The notes under the pieces are model-generated. The model ran no database searches. It saw only the letters and a list, made by a program, of their open reading frames with translations, and was not told the origin of the DNA. A stretch of 56,056 bases of DNA, counting the filler, from Jimgerdemannia flammicorona (Eukaryota), in the NCBI GenBank assembly GCA_003990765.1. It is 3 parts of 3 records of this genome, joined end to end, with 100 filler letters (N's around TTAATTAATTAA, not from the genome) between each part and the next. Parts side by side here need not be neighbours in the genome. Positions count along the whole stretch, not along the records: positions 37,441 to 56,056 come from RBNJ01002160.1; 2 more parts are not named here. One strand, 5' to 3'. This document shows, piece after piece, positions 37,441-51,600 of the stretch. A program made the position numbers and the translations under genes. Within the stretch, counting starts at the first letter, position 1, and the number at the start of each line of letters is the position of its first letter.

Positions 37441-38673
37441 ATAGTTACTCATGCCCGCCACACTTATAATTAGCCAAGACACCAGATCAGGATTGTTTAC
37501 CTGTGTCCTGCGGACACACTCATGTCCTGCGGACACACTCATGTCCTGCGGACACACTCATGTCCTGCGGACACACTCATGTCCTGCGGACACACTCATG
37601 TCCTGTGGACACACCTGTACCCAGAGGACACACCCAAACATTACCAAAGATAGCAAATGTATAATTAGCCACATAGCAACCAGATAGCAACCAACTTGTA
37701 TAAATTACCCCAGTGGCGAGAGTGAATAAAACCTCAGTCCGAAAGTTGAATACAAACCAAAGCAAAAGTCAATTGTCTGGTACACTTAGGAGAAACGCCT
37801 GCCAAAAGCCACTTGATCCAGGAAGGATTGCAACACTTAGGAGATACGCCTGCCAACAAGCCACTGCCAAGAAGTTGTGAGCTTGGTTCTCTTCTCTTCC
37901 ACTCCGGTCCACTTTCCGATACAAAGCCGATTTGCCGCCCAAGTTCAAGGAAGAACTTCACCGCCGTTTCCCAGTTAGAAGCCCGCTGATTCAGGAGAAT
38001 CCGCGTCACCCGCCGCTTTTGAGTTATCCACCGTATTCCCAGTTGAAGCCAAATCTACGCAATCTGAGTTAATTCCCAGTTAAGCCGCCGTTTCCAAGAA
38101 GCCCGCCAAAATCCGCGTCGTCCACCACCTTCGAGTTATCCGCATTCCCAGAAGAGCCATCCGAGTTCCTCGTTATTCCCAGTGAGCCCGGAAGAATCCG
38201 CGCCAGTACAATTCCCAGTAAAAAGAATCCGCGCTATCTTCCATTCCCAAACCGCCGCTTTTGGAAAACCCGCACCAAATCGAGAAGTCCGCCAAAATCG
38301 TCCCGCCAGAAATCGCATACTTTTGGAAACTCGTCGCGCTACACAAGATCGTCATGCAGAAATCGCATAAGGAGAACCGCTAGATTGCCAGACCGTCACA
38401 CCCAGAGATCGCATACTTTTGGAGATCGTCATGCTACACAAATTGTACCATTCCCAGTTGACCCAAGAAGGAAGCCCATTCACACACAAATCGCCGCTAC
38501 ACCCAGAGAACCGTCCCAATAAGGAAATCGCTCGCACAGTATCCGGATCTTGACTATTATACCGCTAAACACCAAGAACATTTTGTTGCTTTTAACAAAG
38601 TAACTGGGGGCTCAAGCCAAACTACATCAACCCCCAACCTTGTAATTTGCCTCCATTGAGCCGGCACGTTACA
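37441..38673 (+). repeat. Family A-related LTR (5' end lost at contig edge); younger, CpG-retaining
   Basis: Aligns to ~3030-4325 and has the same 3' terminus GAGCCGGCA(C/T)GTTACA. No PBS follows, so it is a 3' or solo LTR. Confidence 0.92.
37504..37614. repeat. 5+ x 19-bp tandem repeat TGTCC-TGC-GGACA-CACTCA inside the LTR
   Basis: Units at 37504, 37523, 37542, 37561, 37580 and a partial unit at 37599. Confidence 0.95.
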
Positions 38674-39094
38674 ATATTAATAAAATTTCTTAGTATATTA
38701 AGCAAGATTTAACTACCTCATTTAAAGTAAGAGTCTTAGTATCAGTCTGACTAGCTGAGAGAAGGTTTGAACCTTGCTAGTAACTCCTCTTTGGGAGTTG
38801 TTAGTACTATATTCTTAGTAGATCTTCTGATAGAATACTCTCTGATTAGAGATTATTACTATTAATGATTTAAGAGTAATAACTTATAGATAGTTAATGT
38901 ATTTATCTTTATAAGCTATAGTGTTTAATTATTCCTTTTAAGTTATTCTATATATTGCTTCCTATCAATATTCATTATTAGTATATCCTGGATAATTATA
39001 ATTCTATTTTTCACTTGGTCTCTCTTTCTCATATTAATTAGTTTAGAAGTTAGAGCTATAGTTTTCTCCTTTATTGAGAGGTAGAAGTATCTAT
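38674..39094 (-). mobile_element. Probable continuation (integrase side) of the old gypsy element split by the family B insertion
   Basis: It lies on the other side of the ATAC target duplication and has the same heavily eroded composition. Protein-level support is weak. Confidence 0.5.
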
Positions 39095-39098
39095 ATAC

Positions 39099-40610
39099 TA
39101 TTATATAGTCACTAAGTCCTTCAAATATATCAGATTCTCTCCAAGGTATATCTCTTAGACTAACTACAAGTTTGTTATAAGCAAGTTCTTATTATAGTAC
39201 CTTTTTAAGATCTTATAGTCCTCAAACTTCTTATCTTTAAACTATCTTGTTACATATCTCTTAGATTGCTTGCATAGAATTAAAAATAAGTGAACTGGAA
39301 CTAACTTTATTTCAAAGGAAATAAGAGGGGTATTTATACAAAATATAATTCAATAGTTGCTAAGTTATAAAGCTAAATATAAATTCCAATAACTAAATAA
39401 AATACTGGAATATAGAAAAATATAGTTGTAAGTATAAGTTCAAGTGTCTGTACAAATAGTTACATAAGTTCAGAATACTAGTAGAATTTCAGTAGTATAG
39501 AAAAAGGATACCAGAAGAATTTCTGAGTTACCAAGAACTTAAAGCAGAATGTTTAGGACTATAGAGACTTCATCTTTATCACTATCATCAAGGCCAGAGG
39601 TCAGAGACAGGATGTTTTCAAAGGAGATGAGGTCTGTGAATATTTCATCCATTTTGTATATTTTACATGCTTCATACATGTCATATAAGATAATATTATT
39701 GCTGATAACATCATCATATTCAGCAGTAGAGACTCTCCAATCTATGAGGTTCTCTTTTACAAAATAAGAGACAAATGTGGAGTCTTGGAGAGATCTAACC
39801 TGGATGCTGGGGCCTTAGAATGCTGAGATTAATTCTTGTAAGAATTGATCAGAATTGTCCTTGGGAATAGGATTCCAGAACTCTCCTACCTCATCACTAT
39901 TGAGAGTGATAGTAGACTGGGCTTCTGTAACTACTATGGCCTCTAGTGCATTAGTATGACAGGCTGACAGTTCCTTGAAGTCTGAGATCCTAGTGTACTC
40001 TAAGTTGGGGATTAATCATAATACATACCTGAAGACCTGATGAATCTTCTTAGCTATTCTTATTTCATATACATCTATAGAGGTGGTATCTTATATTTCT
40101 TGGTGACTGGTCTGAGAGAATTCTTGATAGAGGAGGTTTCTTATTTCATACTCCTGCCACATTCAGAGATATTCAGTAGTAATAGTAATTCTTATTTCTA
40201 TTTTGCAGCAGTAGAGAATATAATGATAAGAGTCACTGGTACCCAGGTTAAGGCTAGGAGTTCTTCTTATATAAGTCCTCATAGCTCTTCTGATATCTTA
40301 GAACATCCTTTCAGTCTTGGTGGTTCCTGGATCTTGAGGTTTGGCAAGTGACAGGTATTTGTTTGTGGTAAGTCTTTAGAACTATTTCTGTGAGCTTTGT
40401 TTAGATTGCTGCTACTGCAGTTTCTTAATCCTTCTTTTATATTTCTCAAGATATCTGTCTTATAGTCATAATGACTCACAGTTAGTCATCCTTACTCATC
40501 TTATAGCCTGGATGAGTTATGCTATATGATCTTCTTATGCTTCAATCTGGTGGCTTGCAAGAAAAGGCTGTCTTCTGTACTGATGTCATCAATCTGAGAT
40601 CACTATTATA
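39099..40610 (-). repeat. 3' LTR of family B (contains an ORF relic at 39539-40358)
   Basis: Direct repeat of 46273-47794, preceded by the PPT. Confidence 0.92.
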
Positions 40611-40966
40611 TCTTCCTCCTGAATAAGAATCTTCTCTTGAATGTCCTTATTCATTGGTCTAGTCTGAAAAATTTTCTGATCCTATAACCTCTGGCAGAGG
40701 GTTGAAAAGTAGTATTTATGGGCTGGCATCTTCTCTATATATTTTGGCATGATAGTGAAGAGTCACTCCCTTCATATAGAGCAAGGGCCTGATTCTGATC
40801 TTGATTAATCAGTTGATAATTTGAACTCCTCTGGTTTCAAAAGTCTCACAAATAAGTAGTTGCTAGTGCTGTATCTCTTAGAGAATAGTCTAGACAGATT
40901 GTCTACTGATTATGGAATATGCTATTATGATTCATGGATTAGAACCTCATGGGTGATTATTATGTT

Positions 40967-42172
40967 TTACTTCTTTTGTATAGATCCATGGTACTTTTTG
41001 AGTCTGTTTCTATGTACCATAGTAGGCAGTATGGTTCTTGAGAGTTTTCTAAGCCAGAAGATAGTTTTCTTGATATCTTGTACATAGAAGAGTTCTTCCC
41101 ATTTGGGCTCCAGTTTTTATGACTATGAGGCTTCTACTATATTTTGATACAGTAGGACCTTTTCTCTGATTTGGATGAGTTCTAGGGTCTTGTGATTCTT
41201 TTCTACATTCTTCCTTATCAGTGCTTGTGACTTAATGATATAATCTTCAGCCTTCTTCCTGATTTGATGTAGTCTTCAGATTTCTGAGTTAACCTATCTT
41301 CAAGTTAGGTCTAGATTTGTAGCTGAGGTTCCATCAGAATCTTCTTCTCTGAAGAGCAGTTCTCTTAGAGTAAAGTGTATACTCTGTAATCATATATCTT
41401 ATAGAACAGAGAGAGTAGTTGGAAGATAGTTATTCTAATTGTTATATGTGTCTGAGATCTTTACCAGGATATTCTTGAGAGTCTTGTTGGTTCTTTCTGT
41501 CTGTCTATTTTCTTGAGGGTGGTATATGGTAGTCTTGATGTGCTGAATCTTATATTTCTGATACATTATCTTATGGAATCTATTGACAAATTCTGTGCCA
41601 TAGTTTGTAGTGATTTGCCTTGGTGTCTTGTAGTGGCAGATGATTTCTTAGTGCAGAAAGTTAGCTATAAAGAGAGTATTGACTTCTTGTAATACTCCTA
41701 CTACTATCTATTTAGTAAAGAGGTCTACAATAACTATAATATAACAGTTTCCTGATAGTATCACTGATAGTAGTCTAATGATATCTATTGCAATGTGATA
41801 GAAGGGGATAGGCTCAATTCTTTATGACCTGGGTATTTGGTCTTGCTGATCTTATTTCTGTTTTTGGTACTTATTACACCCTTTGACAAATTGGTGCAGA
41901 TCTTCTTCTATCTTAGACCACTATATAGTTTTTCTTACTTTGTTATATATATTGGTTCCTTCTAGATATCCTTGTTTATGTACTTCCTTCATTACTTGAT
42001 ACTTCTTATATTTGGATATTATAAGCTTTCCTCCTTTTCTGAGTATAGTGTTGTCTAGTTCAAATTATTTCTAAGTCTGGTTGATAATAGTGATAGTCTA
42101 GAGTTTGAGGTAGTTGAGCATCTTTTGCTGTTCAAGATAGCTGATTAATTTATAGTATAGCTTCTTATTTAT
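40967..42172 (-). pseudogene. int: Integrase of family B (complete, eroded)
   Basis: ITTNYGTEFVN, YHPQENRQTERTN, LEPKWEELFYV (GPY/F relic) and VHRNRLKKY. Confidence 0.88.
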
Positions 42173-45100
42173 ATTAAATAGTCTTGATGGGAGTGTTTTG
42201 GGGTATCCTTGAGAGTATATTAGCATTGACATTAGTTCTTTCTAAGTAGTGCTTGATAGTACAGTCATACTCTTACAGTCTATAGATCTATCTGGCATAT
42301 ATTTCTTTAGGGTTCAGAGTGTAGAATAGTCAGGCAAGAGCAGAATGATCTGTTTGAATAGTGAAGTATTTCTTAGCTAGGTAGTAGTAGAACTTATCTA
42401 CTGCCCAAACTACTGCTAAGTATTCAAACTTGCATAACTCATAGTTCTGTTCTGCTCTATAAGTACCTCAGCTTATATAGGAGATAATATATTCATATTC
42501 ATCTTTCTTCTGAGCTAGGACTGCTTCAAGTCCTATAGCACTTGCATCTGTCTGCAGGATAAACTCTAGATTCCAATCTGGTCTTCTGAAGATGGGTGCT
42601 TAGATCAATCTGGTCTTGAGTTCATTGAAGGTTTCTTAACATTTCTTAGTCTATTCAAATTTAGTCTCCTTCTTCAGTAGCTTGTAGATAGGTGCTATAA
42701 TGTTAGAGTATCCTTTGATAAATCTTCTGTAGTAAGAGGCCAGTTTAAGGAAGACATGGACTTCTGTAGTTGTTCTGGATCTTGGATAGATAGCAACAGT
42801 CTCAATATTTATAGAGTCTATATGAATTCTAGTCTGGTTGATGATATGTCCTAGGTAGGTAATTTTCTGAGCTATAAACTTACACTTCTTAAACTTGATA
42901 TAAAGGCCATACTCCTTGAGCTTCTTGAGAGCTAGTTGTATATGGTTAATATGTTCTCATATAGTATTGCTGAAGATGATCACATAATTAATATAGACAA
43001 AGAGCTATTTTTCAATCTCATTGCTGAAGACTCTATTTATTATTTACTGAAAACTTGCTGAAGCATTACACATTTCAAATGGTATTTGCAGATAGACATA
43101 GGTAGTATCAGGTGTGATAAAGACTGATTTCTCACTAGTATCTTGAGTGAGACCAATCTGATGAAAGCCTGAGAATAGTTCCAAGGTAGTGCAGTATTTG
43201 GCAAGGGCTGTCTATTCTTCTTGGTGATTGTATTAAGCTTTTTATAATTAATACAGAGTCTTGGGGCAAACTCTCCAGACTTACTTTCTTTCTTTGGAGT
43301 GAGGATAATAGGTAAAGCCCAGGGGCTAATAGCTTACTTGATAATTCCAGCTTCTTCTATTTTCTTGAGTTCTACTTACAGCTATTCTCTATAGACAGGT
43401 GGTATAGGTCTGGCTTTCTGATAGATAGGCTTGATATTGCTAGTGTCAACTTCATAGTAGTACTTGGATTCTTGATTATAGATATCTCTGAAGTTTGTGG
43501 CAAGTACTCCTTCATTCTGGTACAGGATCTTGAGAAGTTGTTCTTCTAGGGGAAAGTTTTCTCCAATAGTATATATGTGCTTATTCTAATTCTTGTCTTT
43601 CTTGTGCTCAAGTTTGGTAATCTTGATAGTAGCATAGACTTCTCTTCCAGTAGATCTAAAGTCTTGTTCTCCTCTCTTGATCTTGATGAGTTCAATAGCT
43701 TCAGTGATCTTAGGCTTCTTGACTTCATGGATCAGCATCTGGCCAATTCTGTCATACTTCTTGACTTCAAATGGAGTGGTGGGGTTGTAATTTCTAATTA
43801 TGAGAAAGATTTTACCAGTATAATCAGAGTCAATTACTCCTTCTTCAACTGAGATTTCACTTTTGGCCAAACTACTCTTGGTTTTGATAATTCTGATATA
43901 GTTCTCTAGCAACTTGACTCTAATTTCAATACCAAGTAGAGTAGTAGTCTGTGGTTTGAGGATAGTATCTTGAATACTAGTAAGGTCTATTCCTATGGCT
44001 CCTTCAGTCTTATATTCTGGAATCTTGGCTTCTGGATGAAACTTCTTGACCTTGAGAGTGATATCTAGTTCTTGTTTCTCCTCATCATCACTGTCAGCTT
44101 GAAGCTCTGGAGACTGGTCATCTTTTTTGGCTTTCCTTTTTGCTTCAGCAGCTTCTTGCTTATACTTTTATTGGTAGATTTTTCTGACTTTACTAATACA
44201 GGACCAGCAGTCATTCAGGTGTTCAGAGCAGTACATTCTGGTATCATGAGAGTATCTTTCTTAAGAGGCATAGCTATTGATGATCTTATTATACCACTGC
44301 TCATTTGTGAGCTTAGATGTCTTGCTCTTATTCTTATATATCAAGTGCATGAAGACTTCTGTATCTTCTTCATATTCTTCCTCTATGTCTGGTAGTACTT
44401 CTTTGTAGATATTGATAGAGACTCATACCTTTCTTTCTCTATAGTTAATCTGTATTTTCTGAGCATTGAGATCAATGACAGTCTTAGCCTTGTGAAGTCA
44501 TTGGTTGCCAATAAGGATGTCATAGTTGGGCATTTATAACAATCATGTCTACTGGGATAGTAGCTCCTCTTATCTTGATGAGTACTTCTTGGATCTTGTC
44601 TGGGGGGGGGGTAGCTTATATACTATTTGCTGTAATATAGATTATCTTAGTGGACTCTTCAATATCCTAGCCTAGGTGGTCAATTGTCTTCTTGTTTATA
44701 AGATATTCTCCAGCACTGATATCAATGATGGTATCAAAGATACAATCTTCAATCTAATATAGAGTATAGGCTGATGTCTTATACTGGTCTTCAGATTCTT
44801 TATCTGAGTCTTTGGATTCTTCTTCTATATTGTGAGCTTCTACAATCTTGTACTCTTAGTTCTTGACAGTGGTTGCAAGTTCTACTCCCAACTGCTGTCT
44901 GAAGGCAGAGATTTCAGCTAGTTGTCTAAAAGTAGCATTGACCTTCTGTTCCTTAAGATCCTTGTAGATATCATACTAGTGGATCTTAATCTTGTGTAGC
45001 TTCTGTTCTTTCTTACTTTCACTTTCTCCTGAGACTGGAGTAGTACCTTTAATGATTTGGCAGGTAGCTTCATCTACATAACTCCATATCTTGATCAATC

Positions 45101-46217
45101 TCCTTGAGTTGGTCTTGCTTTGAATAGTGATAGCTAGAGTCTTCTTTGGTCTTCCAACTGGTTTACTGTTGCTCTTCTTATCATAGAGCTTGGACCAGAT
45201 TCTGGTACCTTTAGTAATAGGGTAGAATTTGGGCTCCTTATAGTATTCTTCATCATCAGTGTCACCAATCTCCTTGATGACTACTGCATTGATTTATTCT
45301 CTAATTCTGATAGCATTACTTGGTTAGGCTTTGCATCTTGTTTCAGTCATACAACTCTTTGCATAGTGGTCTTCTTCTCTACATCTGAAGTATGTGATAT
45401 TGTATTCTTCTATAATAACTGTAAATCTCTGTACTGGTCTCCTATTGGTGCTTTGGACTTCTCTAACAATATCACTAAGATGTGCAGTTATCTCAGCAAA
45501 CTACTTGGTGAGTTTCTCCACTGGGTCAGCTTTGGTTGTCTTGGAGATAGGTGGGAATGATTATCTGTTTATAACTGTGACAGATATGATACTGGTTGGC
45601 TTTGAAGGCTCTATCTTGATACCAGTTATTTTCTCCATTGAGTGTTTGGTAGGGTATCTGACAGTCTAATATCTCTATATAAAGACCACTTTCTGGTCAA
45701 GAGTCAGAGTAGCTGGAATAGACTGGATTGCTAGGGCAATTTCAGAGTGAATATTTTTGAGAAAGGTTGAATTAGCTATTTATTCCTTAAGGGCATCATT
45801 ATAGCCAGCCAAGACAATCTGATGGCAGATTTAGATGTAGAATAAGTTGGAATCTTCACTGAGTCTCTGGCAGATAGTATTGAGTTGATCTTTGAGAGCT
45901 TGCTTGATCTCTTCAGTATAGTATATAGTTCTGAGGAAGTTCTTTATATTGGCAAGTTTGGCTGTATCAGTATTAGTAATAGTAGCTATATTGAACTTAT
46001 CTCTGATAGATCCTCTGAGGCTAACTGGTAAAGAGCCAATTGTGCATCTATAGGAAGAGCTCATACAGTGGCAAATTGTTCAAAGTCTTCTATGAAGATC
46101 AGGATTGACTCTTTAGTAGTATATCTATAGAATATAGGAGAATGTATTTCTATCTTATCTTGAATTCTTATAGGGGTAACTCTTATAGTCAGAGTAGTTG
46201 TTATAGTAGTTATTCAT
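42165..46217 (-). pseudogene. gag-pol: gag-protease-dUTPase-RT-RNaseH of family B
   Basis: Colinear with 10356-14440. The knuckle reads YFRCREEDHYAKSC. Confidence 0.92.
43643..44065 (-). pseudogene. dut: dUTPase domain, second copy
   Basis: GAIGIDL, TKSSLA, EGVIDSDYTG, DRIGQ and RGEQDFRSTG. Confidence 0.93.
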
Positions 46218-46272
46218 TTTTCAGCTTAAAGTGAGGGATTTATCTTGAATCACCAGCCAATGGGCACTAAGT

Positions 46273-47794
46273 TGTCATATAGTAGTTGCTGAGTCCTTCA
46301 AATATATCAGATTATCTTCAAGATGTATCTCTTAGACTAACTACAAGTTTGTTATAAGCAAGTTCTTATTGGAGTGCCTTCCCAAGATCTTATAGTCCTC
46401 AAACTTCTTATTTTTAAACTATCTTATTATCTCTTAGATTGCTTATATAGAATTGAGAGTAAGTGAACTAGAATTGACTTTATTTTAAAAGAAATAAGAA
46501 GGGTATTTATACAAAATATAATTCAATAGTTGCTAAGTTATAAAGCTAAATATAAATTCCAATAACTAAATAAAATACTAGAATACAGAAAACTACAGTT
46601 ATAAGTACAAGTTCAAGTATCTGTACAAATAGTTGTATAAGTTCAGGATGCCAGTAGAATTTCAGTGGTATAGGAAAAGAATACCAGAAGAATTTTTGAG
46701 TTATCAAGAACTTAAAGCAGAATGTTCAGAACTATGGAGGCTTCATCTTCATCACTATCATCAAGACCAGAGATTAGAGACAGAATTTCTTCAAATGAGG
46801 TAAGATCTACAAATATTTCATCTATTTTGTATATTTTGCTTGCTTTGTACATATTATGCAGGATGATGTCATTGCCAATAACATCATCACATTCAGTGAT
46901 AGGGGCTTTTCAATCCATGAAGTTCTCTTCTACAAAATAAGAGACAAATGTGGGGTCTTGGGGAGATCTAACCTGGATGCTGAGGCCTTGGAATGCTGAG
47001 ATCAATTCTTATAGGAATTGATCAGAATTGTTCTTGAGGATAGGTTTCCAGAACTCTTCTATTTTATCACTATTGAGAGTAATAGTAGACTGGGCTTCTA
47101 TGACTATTATGGTCTCTAGTATATTGGCATAGTGGACTAATAGTTCCTTGAAGTCTGAGATTCTAGTATACTCCAAGTTGGGAATTGACCACAGTATATG
47201 CCTGAAGACCTGATGAATCTTCTTGACTATCTTTATTTCACATATATCTATAGAGGTGGTATCATGTATTTCTTAGTGACTGGCCTGAGGGAATTCCAAG
47301 TAGAGGAGGTTTCCTATTTCATACTTCTGCTATATTCAGAGGTATTCAGTAGTAATAGTGATCTTTATTTCTATTTCATAGTAATAGAGGATATAATGAT
47401 AAGGATCACTGATATCCAGGTTAAGGCTAGGAGTTCTTCTTGTATGGATTCTTATAGCTCTTCTGATGTCTTAAAACATCCTTTCCTAGACTGAGGGGCC
47501 TTGGTGGTTCCTGGATCTTAAGGTTTGGTAAGCAGCAGATATTTGTTTATAGTAAGTCTTTAGAACTATTTCTGTGAGCTTTATTTAGATTGTTGCTACT
47601 GCAGTTTTTTGATTCTTCTTTTATATTTCTCAAGATATCTATCTTGTGGTCATGATGACTCATAGTTAGTCATTCTTACTTATCTTATAGTCTGGGTGAG
47701 TTATGCTATATGATCTTCTTATACTCTGATCTAGTGGCTTACAAGGAAAGGCTGTCTCCTATGCTGATATCATCATTCTGAGGTCACTATTATA
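46273..47794 (-). repeat. 5' LTR of family B (contains an ORF relic at 46712-47542)
   Basis: Ends ...TGACA and is followed by the PBS. Direct repeat of 39099-40610. Confidence 0.92.
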
Positions 47795-47798
47795 ATAC

Positions 47799-50700
47799 TT
47801 CTATGCAGGAGTCTAGCTGGTAGCTTGTTATCACTTTTAAATCTTTAATATATATTATATAAAATAATGAAGGTCTTGATATTCTTAGTCATATTTAGTT
47901 AGTAGAATTTTTTAAAGATAAGATTATAGGTTTTCTCAAATCCAAAGTAGTCTACTATAAGAGTGTTATAATGTTTCTATATAATCTTGAGGTAGAGAGC
48001 ATTATCCCTAAATACTACTACTTTTTTATAGTTTTGGTAAATAAGTCTATTCTAGTAGGTGAACCTCTTGGCCATTCTCTTTATAGATTCAGATATCTTA
48101 GTTTCAGAGTCTTGATAGTACTAGAGAAAATTCAGTAGTGAATTAACTTATTAGTAGCTATCTTTGATCAGTTGGATAAGATCACTAATTATCTCAACTA
48201 TGAAGATAACTTTATCTTCTATATACTTAAGAAACCATCAGCCACTCAGTTGGTTTTGTCTGAGATATACTTGATTTTATATTAAAGAGAGTAATAATTT
48301 CCATCTATCATACTTATCTATAAGTTAGTATAGGCTGAGTGTAGATATACTTAAGAGCATAGTGATCTATGTAAACAATGAATAGCTGTTTTAGTAAAAA
48401 GTAGCACTATTCCTAAAGAGTAGTAACTATAGCCAGGAGTTCCTTCTTATAAGTAATATAGTATATTTTCACTAACTTAAGTTTCTGGAATAGATAGGCC
48501 ACTGGACAGTTCTCTTAGCTGAGTACTACTCCAATAGCAATGTCAGATATATCTATAGTCAAAGTGAAGAGTCTGGTAGAGTCAGGTACTATCAGTATAG
48601 AGATCTTGGTAAGAGTCTCTTGAGATATTCCATGACTATTATATAGATAGGGGTCTATTCAGTCTTAATATTGATTTCTTTTTATATCAGACTAGTAAGT
48701 AGGGTAGTAATTGTAAAATATCTCTAAATAAACTAGTAGTAGTAATCTGTAATCTCTAGGAAATATTGAAGAAGCTTGAGGATAATAGAAATGAGAATAT
48801 CCTGTAGAGCTGATATATTTAGGGGTTTATATTGATATTATCAGCTAAGATGATATATTCTAGATATTCAATCTGATCTTGGGAGAACTTATACTTATAC
48901 ATCTTAGTATAGAGCTGGTATTCTTATAGTAAGATCAGTATACTTTATAGGTAAGTATAATATAACTTAACTGTTTTGCTATAGATCAGAATATCATCAA
49001 TATATACTAAAATATATATATTGAGAAATAGTCTAAAGATATTATTTATAAGATTCTAAAAGATTGTAAGAGTATTTGATTAGATCAAAAGATATGACTC
49101 AGAATTAGTAATGTTTAAACTATATCCTAAAGACTGTTTTCTTCACATCCTTCTCATCAATGAGAATCTGGTGATATTTATTTTACATATCTAGTAAGAA
49201 GAATATCTTGGTCTTAAAGATTTGATAAAGTAGCTTATTTATTCTTAAAAGAGCATATTAGTTCTTGATAATGATCTTGTTGAGAGTTTAGTATTCAATA
49301 TATATTTACAAAGAGCTATCTTTCTTCTTGATAAAGAGGATTAGTGCTCTAAAGGGTGACCTACTGAGTTTAATATATCTTTGAGCCAGTAGTTTGATCA
49401 ATTTCTCCTTAAGAACTTTGAGCTCAGGCTGGACTAATTGATATATACTCTTATATAAGAGTTCTGTGCCTGAGATAAGATCAATCTTATATTGAATTTG
49501 ATGCTTGGGTGGAAAATCTGTGGGTTTCAGGAAAATATCTCAGAATTTCTTAAAGAGTTTCTGGACTTCTGGTGGAACTGAGCTGGTTGAAGCTTTTACT
49601 ATCTCTTCTATTATACAGATAGCATAGATATTTCCTTTCTTGCAAGATAGCATCTTTATTTAGATAATAGAGATGAGTTTTATCTCTTAGCAGTTAGTTC
49701 TATTTTGCTGAGGCACTAGAGTGATCTTTCTTTCTTTATAATAGATTAATCTCATTTATTTTCCAATTGATGTCTGAGTTGTATGTACTTAGTCAACCAA
49801 GTATTTCCAAAGATAATATCATATTTTAGAAGGTCTGTAATATTGAAATCTAGTTTCTCTTAATATTTGCCAATCTTGAGCAGTAGGTTTTTGCAGACTC
49901 AGATCAATGGCTAAGTCTTACTATTACCAAAGGTCACTTATTTCTTCTCAGCTATTAGTTTGCTTTAAGTTATAATTCTCTTGGCCATCTTAGTACTAAT
50001 GAAGTTTTCTGTAGTACTACTATCTAATAGGACCACTATATCTTATCTATATATTAGCTTGTCTTTTAAACTTAATATAACTGTCCTTCTTCTTAATAGT
50101 ATTAAGTTTATCATTATTGTCTCAATCAGTTTTATTATCCTTAAAGTCTGTCTTATCTCATCTTTTGTAAATAGTATAGTCTGGTTTAGACTCTACTATT
50201 ATCTCTTTAGCTTAGTATCTTATAGTTTAGATCTTGAAACTTTAGAGATATATATATAGTATTTACTAATATTCTATATAGTATATTTGAATAGAATGAG
50301 AGCATTATCCATATAGTACATAACTATCCACAATTCTCTAGAACTAGATTTCAAGGTTGATTTTTTTACTATATTGATTTTTTTACTTACTGGGAGTTTG
50401 GTCAGTAGATTTAAATCCTCTCTTATCTCAGTCAGTCTTGTCTAGTTTAGAGAATTCTTCAATAGTGAGGTCTTCTTTAATCTTTTAAATGATGACTTAA
50501 GCAATCTTTTGATCAATCTTTATATCAAAAGATATATTACTAAAGTTGGATAAGATAACTTAAATTTCTCCTATAAAGCCTTGATCAATAACTTCTCTTC
50601 CTAGACTAATATTGAATTCTTTAGTTAGACTACTTCATTTAGCTAGATAGATATAGGTTTTCTTAAGAGCTTATATACCAATACTGATTCATATAATTGT

Positions 50701-51600
50701 ATTTGAGTCTGATAGAGTAGTGAGATCTTAGCTGTTATAGAGATTAAAGTCTATATCAGTTAGATATACCTTAGTGGAGATAGTAGTCTTATAGAATATA
50801 TAACTTTTGTATCTTAATGATATTCTCTAGGCTTTTTCTATCTGATTCTTCTCCAATTACAGTGATACTATATTTTCTTAGTTCACTAGATAAGCTTTTA
50901 TTCTTCTTTTCTAGATAGTTATAGAATATATATCCTTTCTTTCTATAGATAAAGTATAGGCCCTTGTTGTAAAGCTATCTTCATTTATTATCACTTTATG
51001 TCTTAGTTCTTTTATAGTTCTTTTGGCCAATCTAGGTCTTGATTCTAGATAAAGTAGTTCTTTTGTTCTATTAGTTCTTCTTAGACTCTCAGTTTTATAA
51101 GGTCTAGACAACTAGACCCTATATTGAACTTAGACAAAATACTATAAGTAATGTCCACATCTCTGAGAAAGACTTTATTTCTTAATCTTCTGGATGAGTC
51201 AATCTAATAAAGCTATAAAGAGATAATTGGCCCTAGTATTATTAATAGCTAGATTGTTTTCCTGGTAGGTAAGTCTCATAGTCTTAAGATAGGTATCTAT
51301 TCTAGTAACAAAGATTTTGAGATACTTCTTGCTATTCTTATTAAACTTCATATAGACTAGCTTGTTCTAGATTTCTTAAATATAGGTTATATTTCAGAAC
51401 TTATTTAGCAGAAGGGTCTTAATTTCTAAGACTACATTATAGTTATTCTATCCTAATCTGTTATTGGTTGAGTTCTGTATATCAACTTGAAAATAATCTT
51501 CTCAGATCATTGAATGTTCTTCTAGAATATATCAGAACTTGGCTGCTATTCTTGAGAAAAATATTACAACTATTTATTCTTAGACTGTAGAAGTGGTAAA
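47799..51600 (-). mobile_element. Old, heavily eroded Ty3/gypsy element, family C (chromovirus-type RT); 5' boundary approximate
   Basis: Protease relic LLDSSTTENFIS (~50000-50030). RT relics SPFRALILFIKKKDSSL (~49310-49360) and YIDDILIYSK (YIDD at 48993-49004). RNase H relic IDISDIAIGVVLS (~48520-48560). Confidence 0.85.

Larger units (their letters stand above)
39099..47794 (-). mobile_element. Full-length Ty3/gypsy family B element (~8.7 kb)
   Basis: Two ~1.5-kb LTRs, a PBS at 46261-46272, a PPT AGGAGGAAGA at 40611-40620, and a 4-bp TSD ATAC at 39095-39098 and 47795-47798. Confidence 0.95.

Noticed and set aside
37504..37614. Palindromic direct repeats resembling a CRISPR array (also 3080-3151)
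   Set aside because: No unique spacers, no cas genes, and the context is a eukaryotic LTR.
40620..40966. Possible additional ORF between family B integrase and the PPT
   Set aside because: Only one copy is available and it has multiple stops in the frames examined, so it cannot be supported.
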